From an uncultured Planctomycetia bacterium (GTDB lineage: Bacteria > Omnitrophota > Gorgyraeia > Duberdicusellales > 4484-171), in NCBI GenBank assembly GCA_964536865.1, contig CAZHYN010000017.1, positions 534 to 32,533 on the forward strand: a stretch of 32,000 nucleotides of DNA, given 5' to 3'. The notes beneath the pieces are model-generated. The model was given only the letters and a program-made list of their open reading frames with translations. It did no database searches and was not told the DNA's origin. This document shows positions 1 through 8,941 of this stretch, in pieces (position 1 is the stretch's first letter; each line of letters begins with the position of its first letter). The translations under genes and the position numbers were made by a program.

Positions 1-2155
1 AAAGAAGGAGGCGCTGAATAATATCCTTGGCCCGTAAACTCTGTTCTACAATAATCCTTAAAGCTTTCTCTACTTCCCTGTTCTTTATTTCCTCCATAAG
101 AGCAAGCTGAGCTCTCCCAGAGATAATCATCAAAGGGTTATTTACTTCGTGGGCCATATCAGAAACTAATTCTCCTAAACGAGCAAGACGCTGAGCCTGC
201 TCTACCTTCTTCTTTTCAGTAATGTCATAGCCAAAAAGAATTAAACCTAAAACAGACTCTTGAGTACCTCTCAACACACTACTATCCCAAGAAATTTCCA
301 ACTCTCCCTTCTCTCTATTCAAGAGAGGTGCCCGGAAATCTCTAAACGTTTTTCCTACTAAAGCTTGCTTAAAAGCTTTCCTTACTTGATCTTGAAAAGA
401 AGAAGGAACAAAAATGTCACACCAATTCTTTCCTAAAATCTCTTCCCTAGAGTATCCTGTAAGATTCTCTAAGAACCTATTGATAGTAAGAATATTCCCT
501 TCTTTATCTACAACCAGAATTATACTATGGGCATTTTCTATAATATTCTCAATAAGAGAGGCTCTCTTCTGCAATTCTTTCTCCATTCGTTTCTCTTCGG
601 TAACATCTTCGACTACTATAATCGCCTTCTCTTCATTATCTTCCTTTAAAGGAATACCAATAAAATTCCTTACTGTAGTCTTGCCTTTTAAAGAAGTATA
701 CTCTAAAGGGCCAACCTTGAAGTAACTACCGCCTAAACACTCTCTTATTTTTTTATCCAAACCTATCCTTTTATATCCTTCTAGATTGAATACATCTAAA
801 TCCATAAAAGCTTCTCTTGTATCACCAGAGATATCTAGCATCGCTTGATTAGCATATTCAACTTTTCCTGCTTTATTCACAATGTAAATACCAAAGGAGG
901 CTCTATCTAAGATATTCTTACTCATCTGGTAAGCCTTTATGAGTTTCTCTTGAGCAAACCTTCTCTCTTCTTCATTCTGAAATGCTCGAGAAAGAATAGC
1001 AGTTATATATAGTTGAAAAGGAGTAAACTCCCTTCTCTCTTTAAAAAAAGCACAAAGCACTCCTCTAAATACTCTTCCCACACTTACAAAGGTACCCAAA
1101 TAGGTCTTTACTCCCATATTTTTTATCAGCTCATTGTCGCGATAAGGAGAATTTTCTATATCAACTACTAAAGGATAATTAGCTTTTTTGACCACAATCT
1201 CACTACAAGGATTGCCTTCTTTAGGATAAACCAAAGGAAAATTAGGAGGGAGATTTGCTCCTTCTATTACTTTAAATCCATATTTCTCTTCTCTACTCCA
1301 CACACAAATACACTTTCCTATAATTTTCTGAAAAGTATGTAAAAGTTTTTGAATATTCTCTCGAGGGTCGGCACCCAACTCTAAGAGAGCACCATTAACC
1401 TCATTTAAAATATTCTCCTCTGCTTTTCTCTCGGTTATATCAAAAGCTATCTCCATACGTACTAGTCTTCCATCAGGCCAAGGAATAGCTTGATCTCGGC
1501 AAGAATACCACCGTTTCGTTTTTGTATTTTGAAAATCCCAAACTACCACTCCGGTAGGATTTCCTTGAGAATCGATTAGCTTGAAATTAGTACAAAAGGA
1601 ACAAGGACCATCTTGAGCTTCTTGAAGTACCTTGTAACATTTCTCTCCTACTACATCTCCAAATAACTCTTTTAGCTTCTCGTTAGCATAAAGTATTTCA
1701 TAAGTCTGCATATCTGATACATAGATGTAAGCATCTAATCCTCTAAGCACTGCTTCAAAACGGAGGTTACTCAAACGAATAGCCTCTTCTACCCTTCTCC
1801 TTTCTTCAAGAATTCGCCATATGAACTTTGCACTCGCCCCATCTATTACTGTTATGCCTCTGTTTCTTACTTCACTTTCTAGAAGAGTCTGAACACTAAC
1901 CTTCCCTGTAACATTAAAAATGATATCTATATCCTCTTTTATGAAAGTATTCCAGTGAGAGCTAAACCTAATCCCCAAAGATTTAGCCAACTTTACTGCT
2001 GAGGCATTCTCATCTATATCTACCAAACCCACTATCTCAATAAGAGGATCGGTAGAAAAAATATCTAAAAGAGCTTTTCCTCCTTTTCCTCCACCTACAA
2101 TGAGGATCTTTTCTTTTCTGTTTGTTTGGGTATTTCTATTCCTCGAAGATATCAT
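1..2155 (-). CDS. Sensor histidine kinase, N-terminal about 718 codons only; the catalytic ATPase part runs off the left edge. Architecture: Rossmann-like N-domain, PAS with Cys motif, GAF-like, PAS, PAS, HisKA.
   Basis: Hand translation of the reverse complement from ATG 2155..2153 stays open to position 1. It is absent from the ORF track because there is no stop in the window. It begins MISSRNRNTQTNRKEKILIVGGGKGGKALL. PAS-type domain ends are DITERK and DITEKK. The H-box is SDMAHEVNNPL, with the His codon at 149..151. The start overlaps the stop of the upstream regulator gene. Confidence 0.85.
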   Translation of the reverse strand, partial: MISSRNRNTQTNRKEKILIVGGGKGGKALLDIFSTDPLIEIVGLVDIDENASAVKLAKSLGIRFSSHWNTFIKEDIDIIFNVTGKVSVQTLLESEVRNRGITVIDGASAKFIWRILEERRRVEEAIRLSNLRFEAVLRGLDAYIYVSDMQTYEILYANEKLKELFGDVVGEKCYKVLQEAQDGPCSFCTNFKLIDSQGNPTGVVVWDFQNTKTKRWYSCRDQAIPWPDGRLVRMEIAFDITERKAEENILNEVNGALLELGADPRENIQKLLHTFQKIIGKCICVWSREEKYGFKVIEGANLPPNFPLVYPKEGNPCSEIVVKKANYPLVVDIENSPYRDNELIKNMGVKTYLGTFVSVGRVFRGVLCAFFKERREFTPFQLYITAILSRAFQNEEERRFAQEKLIKAYQMSKNILDRASFGIYIVNKAGKVEYANQAMLDISGDTREAFMDLDVFNLEGYKRIGLDKKIRECLGGSYFKVGPLEYTSLKGKTTVRNFIGIPLKEDNEEKAIIVVEDVTEEKRMEKELQKRASLIENIIENAHSIILVVDKEGNILTINRFLENLTGYSREEILGKNWCDIFVPSSFQDQVRKAFKQALVGKTFRDFRAPLLNREKGELEISWDSSVLRGTQESVLGLILFGYDITEKKKVEQAQRLARLGELVSDMAHEVNNPLMIISGRAQLALMEEIKNREVEKALRIIVEQSLRAKDIIQRLLL

Positions 2156-2504
2156 CAATTTTTCTCACTACTTCCTCTAATCTTACTGGCTTTACTAAAA
2201 AGTTTTTCTCACTATAACCTAACTGTCTTAGCTTCTGAGTATAGCTTCTCAAATCTAAAGACCCACTCATGATTAGAACTTGGGGATTCTTGTGTAACTC
2301 CTTAATTATCTTCAAGACCTGGATACCATCGATTTGAGGCATCTTGATATCTAAAAGAATGAGATCTACTTCTTGAGTCTTAATGGTATCTATAGCCTCC
2401 CTCCCCCCAAATGCTTTTAAAGGAAAGTAACCCTTGAAACTTAGAAACCTAGCTAATATCTCTACGATTTCTGGCTCATCATCTACGATAAGAATCCTCT
2501 TCAC
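2136..2504 (-). CDS. Single-domain response regulator (CheY-like receiver, no output domain)
   Basis: 122 aa. Receiver motifs are ILIVDDEPE, LILLDIKMP (phospho-acceptor Asp) and LVKP (conserved Lys). The start is GTG, preceded by AAGGGGAG. The gene overlaps the kinase start by 20 nt. Confidence 0.9.
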   Translation of the reverse strand: MKRILIVDDEPEIVEILARFLSFKGYFPLKAFGGREAIDTIKTQEVDLILLDIKMPQIDGIQVLKIIKELHKNPQVLIMSGSLDLRSYTQKLRQLGYSEKNFLVKPVRLEEVVRKIDDIFEE

Positions 2505-2525
2505 TTACTCCCCTTTTCTAAGGTT

Positions 2526-2554
2526 ATTATATCACAAAGAGTTAGCGATAGACA
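2526..2554 (-). promoter_or_regulatory. Possible extended -10 promoter for the regulator/kinase operon
   Basis: The minus strand reads TGATATAAT (TGn + TATAAT) at 2534..2526, 21 nt upstream of the GTG start. The -35 position (2554..2549, TGTCTA) is weak. Confidence 0.3.
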
Positions 2555-2644
2555 ACAAAAACATTACCCCCAAGATAAATAGATAAAAAGAAGCTAAATT
2601 GCGCAGGTAAGGAGTGGTACTCTTTATAAGAAAAGTGATTCTAT

Positions 2645-3283
2645 TTAATCCCCAAGAGAAAAAACTATTGCTATAGCCATAGGGAAAAGAGAGAATAAAG
2701 AGAATATCGAAAGAAAGATAATTTTTAAAATAGGAGTTATCTCGGACCAGTTCCATAGAGGGATGAGAAAACCACTAGCCTCTAAGGCACAACCGAAACC
2801 TAAAAGAAACCCCCAAAGAATGTAGCCACCCCATACCTTATAAAGTCTTATGAAACATTTTCCAGAGAGATTAAAGGCTTTGTTATTAAAAATTAGTATA
2901 GCAAATATTATCATCACTAATCCACTTGCTAAGAAGATATACTTTAGAGGAAAAAACTTCTTAAAGTAAGTTAAAGCAACGTTTCCCAAGAGAGAATAAA
3001 AAAATAAAGATAAAAATCTAGAGAAACTAAAAAAGGTAGTGATAAGAAGAATACCTTTAACATTAAAAGGAGTGTTAATTAAAGTAAAGCTCAAAGGTAA
3101 AGCACAACTTGTACACCCCATAGATCCAAAAAGAATACCTAGTATCGCTGCGTTCATTAATGCAGAACGGTCAGATATTAGAGGATAATTCTCCAAAGGA
3201 AAAGTAAAGAGATATTCTCTTTGGAAATAAATTATAATTAGAGCAAGAAGTAAAGGATAAAGTACTTCTCTTATTTTCTTCAT
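2645..3283 (-). CDS. Polytopic membrane protein with a CxxC motif in a TM segment (DsbD_2/CcdA-like thiol-disulfide membrane protein, tentative). The true 3' end may be 2532 (see findings).
   Basis: 212 aa, about 6 hydrophobic segments. Motifs are GSMGCTSCALPL and a second-half GFGCALEASGF. The family assignment is from memory of Cys-in-TM motifs, not from a search. Confidence 0.7.
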   Translation of the reverse strand: MKKIREVLYPLLLALIIIYFQREYLFTFPLENYPLISDRSALMNAAILGILFGSMGCTSCALPLSFTLINTPFNVKGILLITTFFSFSRFLSLFFYSLLGNVALTYFKKFFPLKYIFLASGLVMIIFAILIFNNKAFNLSGKCFIRLYKVWGGYILWGFLLGFGCALEASGFLIPLWNWSEITPILKIIFLSIFSLFSLFPMAIAIVFSLGD

Positions 3284-3316
3284 TTTTTAATTATTCTTAC
3301 TATTGCTTTCTTCTCT

Positions 3317-3873
3317 CTAAAAAAAATCATTTTTTACTTCAAAACTTTCTTTTAAGAAGTAATCCTTTAGAAAATCTTCTTCTTTAATTGCTCTTTGTGA
3401 GTAAGGAAGTGGTTCTAAGCCTAAACCTAGGAATATCAATCTTTCTAAAGAGTAAGAAGAAATATCTGTAGAGATAATATCCTTTAAGCTGTACCATTTT
3501 TTACTTTTTGGAAAAAAGATTTCAATCTTCCATCCTTTAGATTTCCAGTAAGGAATTTCTAGTTTCAAAAGAGTATCAGTAAATTCCTCTAGAGCATAAG
3601 AGGTATTGATAAAAGAGTGTGTTTTTAAAAAACTTTCAAACTTTGATAACTTCCAGAAAGGGAAATTAAGAAGAAATCCATGATAACTAAAACTTATGAG
3701 AGAATTCCTTACTACAGTGATTTAACTTGCCTTCTAGAATGATGGCATCTTTAGAAATTTTTACTCTGTTGAGAGGCGAAAAGAAAGGAGAAAAAATTTT
3801 AAAAGAGATGTAGACGATAGCTGCCAAAAGGAAAGTTACTTCTATAAAAAAGTATCCTTTTGTATCTGAACAT
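3317..3873 (-). pseudogene. Hypothetical N-terminally membrane-anchored protein, split over three reading frames as assembled
   Basis: The ATG at 3873 lies 4 nt after the suhB-family stop and gives MFRYKRILF. A second frame gives IEVTFLLAAIVYISFKIFSPFF...SKEFSHKF. A third frame runs into the tracked ORF 3317..3568 (...LKLEIPYWKSKGWK...). Deleting one base from each of the coding-strand T runs at 3846..3851 and 3689..3692 joins all three. Confidence 0.5.
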
Positions 3874-3877
3874 TAAC

Positions 3878-4639
3878 TTATAAAGAATCTCTTAAGAGAG
3901 CTAAGATCTTGTGATGGATTAACTTATTGGTAGTTAAATATCCTATACTCTGAGGTGTGGGATAGGCTCCTTCGAAATCGGTAAATTTACCTCCAGCCTC
4001 TTGAATCAAACATACCCCTCCCGCGAAATCCCAAGGTCGATCGTGGTACTCAATCGCTCCATCTAACTTCCCTTCGGCAATGTAACCTAATACTCTTGCT
4101 GAGGAGCCAAACATCCTTATATTAAAGACCTCTTGAGCTAACTTACCTAAAGAATTAAGCATAACTTTAGGTGAGTACCTTATACTGGAGTCGAAAGAAA
4201 AAGAACACTCTTTTAAATTCTCTCGCAAAGAAGTGTAAATTCTTTTACCATTCTTATAACTACCTCCTCCCTCCTCAGCTACATATAATTCTTGTGAGGA
4301 GGGCATATATATTACTCCTAAGATAAATCTTCCCTTAGAAAACACTCCTATAGATACCCCAAAAATATCTATATTTCTTATGTAATTATGTGTTCCATCT
4401 AAAGGATCTACGATCCAGAGATAATCGCTATCTATATCTTTCCTTTCCCCTTCCTCCGCTAAAATTCCATGACGAGGAAATTTAATTTTTATCTTCTCCA
4501 CAATAATCTCCTCTGCTCCCTTATCAATCTCTGTGAATAAGTTCCTATCTCCCTTATAGTGAATCTCTTTTATCTTACCAAAATTATCTAGTAAAAAATC
4601 GCCAGCTTCTTTTACTGCTTCTATTGCTAAATTTACCAC
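3878..4639 (-). CDS. suhB: Inositol monophosphatase family protein (SuhB-like)
   Basis: 253 aa. It has the IMPase signature WIVDPLDGTHNY and the distal WDFAGG motif. Confidence 0.85.
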   Translation of the reverse strand: MVNLAIEAVKEAGDFLLDNFGKIKEIHYKGDRNLFTEIDKGAEEIIVEKIKIKFPRHGILAEEGERKDIDSDYLWIVDPLDGTHNYIRNIDIFGVSIGVFSKGRFILGVIYMPSSQELYVAEEGGGSYKNGKRIYTSLRENLKECSFSFDSSIRYSPKVMLNSLGKLAQEVFNIRMFGSSARVLGYIAEGKLDGAIEYHDRPWDFAGGVCLIQEAGGKFTDFEGAYPTPQSIGYLTTNKLIHHKILALLRDSL

Positions 4640-5256
4640 TTTCTCTCCTTAGGCCTTCCCACAGGCATAATTAGCAATGGTTCCTCTTTTATATTTAAAA
4701 TTCTCTTTACTTTTTCATCATAGAAAGCACCTACCGCAACTGTAGCCAACTTTAAAGCAGTAGCTTCTAGGTATATGTTCTGGCCCACATATCCCCCTTC
4801 CATCCAAACGTACCTTATGCCTCTGTTATCATATCGAGAAGTAGTAATAGAAAAATCAGCAGAGATTATGATTAATAAAGGAGCAACTTTTACCCACCTC
4901 TGATTGAGAGAAGCTCTTGAAAGTTGAGAACGACTATTACTGGAAGACAATTTAATAAGAGCATGTTCTTCTGAGTCGTACAGATAAATTCCTTCATCTA
5001 AACCATCTACTTCTCCTACTACTATGTAAAGAAAAATAGGATAAAGAGCTCCTGCAGATGGTACAGTTTTTCTACCCCAGTTATTCCTTCCATATCCTGC
5101 CCACAGGAGAGTAGATACCTCCTCCAAGGTTAAAGAGGAAAGTGAGTAATCTCTGATTGACCTTCTGAGACTTAAAACTTCATTTAAAGAAAACTTACCT
5201 TTCTCAGGAGAAGGTAAAGATATCTTTTCTTGAGAGAAGGAAATATTATTCATCAT
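4633..5256 (-). CDS. SagB-type / nitroreductase-fold dehydrogenase family protein (stand-alone)
   Basis: 207 aa. Motifs RRSIRDYS, PSAGALYP and a C-terminal AVGAF...PVG are typical of the nitroreductase/SagB fold. It overlaps the suhB-family start by 7 nt. Confidence 0.7.
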   Translation of the reverse strand: MMNNISFSQEKISLPSPEKGKFSLNEVLSLRRSIRDYSLSSLTLEEVSTLLWAGYGRNNWGRKTVPSAGALYPIFLYIVVGEVDGLDEGIYLYDSEEHALIKLSSSNSRSQLSRASLNQRWVKVAPLLIIISADFSITTSRYDNRGIRYVWMEGGYVGQNIYLEATALKLATVAVGAFYDEKVKRILNIKEEPLLIMPVGRPKERKW

Positions 5257-5340
5257 AAAGAATAAACAAAAATAGTATTATAGCCTCTCTCACCTTGTAC
5301 GTTCTATTATAAAAAGATAAGCCTAATTTAACAAGAGGAA

Positions 5341-5377
5341 AATAAAAAACCCTGCACTTCTAAAAAGAAGCGCAGGG
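5341..5377 (-). terminator. Rho-independent terminator of groES-groEL
   Basis: The minus strand reads CCCTGCGCTTCT-TTTT-AGAAGTGCAGGG, a 12-bp stem with one G.U pair, followed by TTTTTTATT. It begins 20 nt after the groEL stop. Confidence 0.8.
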
Positions 5378-5396
5378 CTAAAATTTTTTTTAAAGA

Positions 5397-7040
<1,644 letters not shown>

Positions 7041-7047
7041 CTACAAA

Positions 7048-7335
7048 CTACTCTACCACAGCTAGAACATCTTCCTCCCTCATAATAAGGTATTCCTGAT
7101 CGTCTACGGTTATCTCTGTTCCTGAATATTTTCCATATAAAACCCTATCTCCCACTTTCAAGGATAGAGGAACAACTTTACCATCCTCAGTCCTCCTACC
7201 CTCTCCTACAGCAACTATTTCTCCTTCCTGAGGCTTCTCCTTAGCAGTATCAGGGAGAACGATCCCTCCTTTAGTCCTTTCCTTCTCTTCACAAGGTTTA
7301 ATTAACACTCTGTCTCCTAAAGGCTTAATCTTCAT
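7048..7335 (-). CDS. groES: Co-chaperonin GroES
   Basis: [13 protein letters not shown]...GEIVAVGEG...[15 protein letters not shown] prefer the internal ATG at 7335 over the track start at 7353, because GGAGGTGG lies 5 nt upstream of it and GroES proteins start M-K-I-K/R-P-L. Confidence 0.95.
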   Translation of the reverse strand: MKIKPLGDRVLIKPCEEKERTKGGIVLPDTAKEKPQEGEIVAVGEGRRTEDGKVVPLSLKVGDRVLYGKYSGTEITVDDQEYLIMREEDVLAVVE

Positions 7336-7365
7336 AATCCCACCTCCTTCCATTACTACCTTAAG

Positions 7366-7392
7366 TTAGCAAACTATTCTTTAGAGTGCTAA
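7366..7392 (-). promoter_or_regulatory. CIRCE operator (HrcA-binding inverted repeat) in the groES leader
   Basis: TTAGCAAAC-N9-GAGTGCTAA against consensus TTAGCACTC-N9-GAGTGCTAA. One arm is perfect and the other has 2 mismatches. The spacing is correct, and it sits between the -10 and the groES SD. Confidence 0.8.
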
Positions 7393-7395
7393 ATT

Positions 7396-7423
7396 ATTTT
7401 ACTGATGTGGAAAATGTTGTCAA
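7396..7423 (-). promoter_or_regulatory. Sigma70-type promoter of groES-groEL
   Basis: The minus strand reads TTGACA (7423..7418), a 16-nt spacer, then TAAAAT (7401..7396), immediately upstream of CIRCE. Confidence 0.65.
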
Positions 7424-7486
7424 GTTTTTTTTAAAAAAAATTTATTTATAACTTAATGAAAATCAAAAAGATATATAAGGCTAAAT

Positions 7487-8218
7487 TTAGAGAGAAAATA
7501 AAACCCTCATTCCTTTAAAAATAAGGTTGGGTTCATAAATATAGGGAAAATTTAATTTCTTTAAGATGAGCTTGGCTCCTCCTCCTGTAATGATTATATT
7601 ATCTTTGCTTATCTTTCCAGATTTAGCTATCCACCTTCGGTACTTTTCTACCCAGCTATTAATTAATAAAGCAAAACCTTCGATTATTCCCTTATTAATA
7701 CTTTGGGAAGTACCTTTGGGTATCTTTCCTGAAACTTTGGGATTTACTTTGACTTTCTTACCAAGGAGAGCACAACTCCTCAGAGACTTGTAAGCTAACT
7801 CTATTCCTGGAAATATAAATCCTCCTAAATATTCTCCTCTCGAAGAAATAAAATCAAAAGTAATTGCTGTACCAAAATCAATTACCAATTTCGCTTTACC
7901 AAAAATTTTTTTAGCAGCGAAAACACACAAAAGACGGTCATTTCCTACTTCCTTAGGATTATACAAAGAGGAAATAGGAACTTTTACATCCTCACCTATC
8001 ACAGTTACTTCTTTTGTTTTACCTACTTTCTTAAAGAGCCTTGTAAGGTTGGGGACCACAGAGCAAATAATAATTTTTGAAGAAGGAAACCTTTTAAATA
8101 TTCCCTTAAGTCTTTTTCTATTGAGCTTATAAGTAGGTATTCGGAAATTTTTAACTTCTCTACCACTCTTTCGTATGGAAAAGTATACAGTAGTATTACC
8201 AATATCAACAAAAATCAT
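7487..8218 (-). CDS. coaX: Type III pantothenate kinase
   Basis: 243 aa. It has an N-terminal MIFVDIGNTT (DxGNT phosphate loop), DFGTAITFD and a C-terminal ITGGGA. Confidence 0.85.
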   Translation of the reverse strand: MIFVDIGNTTVYFSIRKSGREVKNFRIPTYKLNRKRLKGIFKRFPSSKIIICSVVPNLTRLFKKVGKTKEVTVIGEDVKVPISSLYNPKEVGNDRLLCVFAAKKIFGKAKLVIDFGTAITFDFISSRGEYLGGFIFPGIELAYKSLRSCALLGKKVKVNPKVSGKIPKGTSQSINKGIIEGFALLINSWVEKYRRWIAKSGKISKDNIIITGGGAKLILKKLNFPYIYEPNLIFKGMRVLFSL

Positions 8219-8937
8219 CTTAGGTGGATAACTTCTAAAGCGCTAATCTTGGTAAGTTCTCCCTTATCGTTTCTAATGACTAAATTACCTTCATCAGTTA
8301 GATACAAAGCAATACCCCTAATTGACTTGCTATCTATAGAAACTTCCACTTCTCTATGGAGAGTTTCCATATAGATTTCTAACTCCTTAATTATATCTTT
8401 AATGTTTCCTTTTTTAAAGGAGCGATAAAGAATAAGAAAATTAGATAGTACTGCTTTTAGTATGGACTCTATAGGATAAAGCTTGCCTGTCTCTATAAAA
8501 AGGGAGGTAGTATTTTCAGGTAATTCTGATCTTTTTGAATTTATATTAACTCCTAAACCCAAGATAACAAAATCTATTTTTTTATAAGAAACTTTACTCT
8601 GAGAAAGCAAACCCCCAATCTTTTTACCTCTCACCAGCAGGTCATTGGGCCACTTTATGGTTAAGGGAACTATGTCTTTGAGAGCCCTTATTACCGAAAG
8701 AGCACCTACTAAAGGCAATAAAGAAAACTTCGAAGTAATTGGGGGACGAAGCAATAAAGAAGTGTAGATTCCTTTATCTTTAGGGGAGGCCCATTTTCGA
8801 TTAAATCTTCCTCTTCCATGGGTTTGCTGGCGTGCTATTACTACAACGACCTCTCTTTCTCCCTTCTCACCAAGAGAGAAAGCAACGTCATTAGTAGAAG
8901 AAACCTTATCTAAATGAATAAGTTTTACTCTCACCAT
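8215..8937 (-). CDS. birA: Biotin--[acetyl-CoA-carboxylase] ligase, class I (no N-terminal HTH)
   Basis: 240 aa. Motifs are QQTHGRGRFNRKWASP (GRGRxxRxW) and LGLGVNIN. A 4-nt overlap with coaX reproduces the common birA-coaX pairing. Confidence 0.85.
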   Translation of the reverse strand: MVRVKLIHLDKVSSTNDVAFSLGEKGEREVVVVIARQQTHGRGRFNRKWASPKDKGIYTSLLLRPPITSKFSLLPLVGALSVIRALKDIVPLTIKWPNDLLVRGKKIGGLLSQSKVSYKKIDFVILGLGVNINSKRSELPENTTSLFIETGKLYPIESILKAVLSNFLILYRSFKKGNIKDIIKELEIYMETLHREVEVSIDSKSIRGIALYLTDEGNLVIRNDKGELTKISALEVIHLR

Positions 8938-8941
8938 CTTA

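Noticed and set aside
414-725. Plus-strand ORFs in the track: 414-725, 5476-5667, 6550-6807, 7566-7793, 9642-9893, 11518-11805, 12099-12335, 14816-15034, 18312-18521, 21527-21793, 21534-21743, 22559-22765, 23016-23225, 24567-24806, 25238-25576 and 29107-29370.
   Set aside because: Each lies antisense inside a long, well-supported minus-strand gene. Their translations are low-complexity (Ser/Leu/Phe/Ile-rich, as expected from reading AT-rich purine-biased genes backwards) with no recognisable motifs or SD sequences.
2532-2756. The 74-aa ORF as an independent gene.
   Set aside because: Its 5' half overlaps the CxxC membrane protein in another frame and looks random. Only its 3' part is protein-like, and it fits as the frameshifted tail of the upstream gene.
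4633-5256. The SagB-type dehydrogenase as a hint of a thiazole/oxazole RiPP cluster.
   Set aside because: No YcaO/cyclodehydratase, precursor peptide, protease or transporter genes are nearby. The neighbours are groEL and a suhB-family gene. Stand-alone nitroreductase-fold proteins of this size are common.
7424-7486. T8A8 tract (TTTTTTTTAAAAAAAA) downstream of coaX, considered as a terminator or replication-related element.
   Set aside because: It is a pure A/T palindrome with negligible stem stability. It is more likely an UP-element-like or curved AT tract upstream of the groES promoter, and nothing more can be supported from sequence alone.
8023-8211. Minus-strand alternative-frame ORFs 8023-8211 (inside coaX) and 12846-13040 (inside valS).
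   Set aside because: They are fully nested out of frame within conserved genes, with no motifs, and are taken as chance ORFs.
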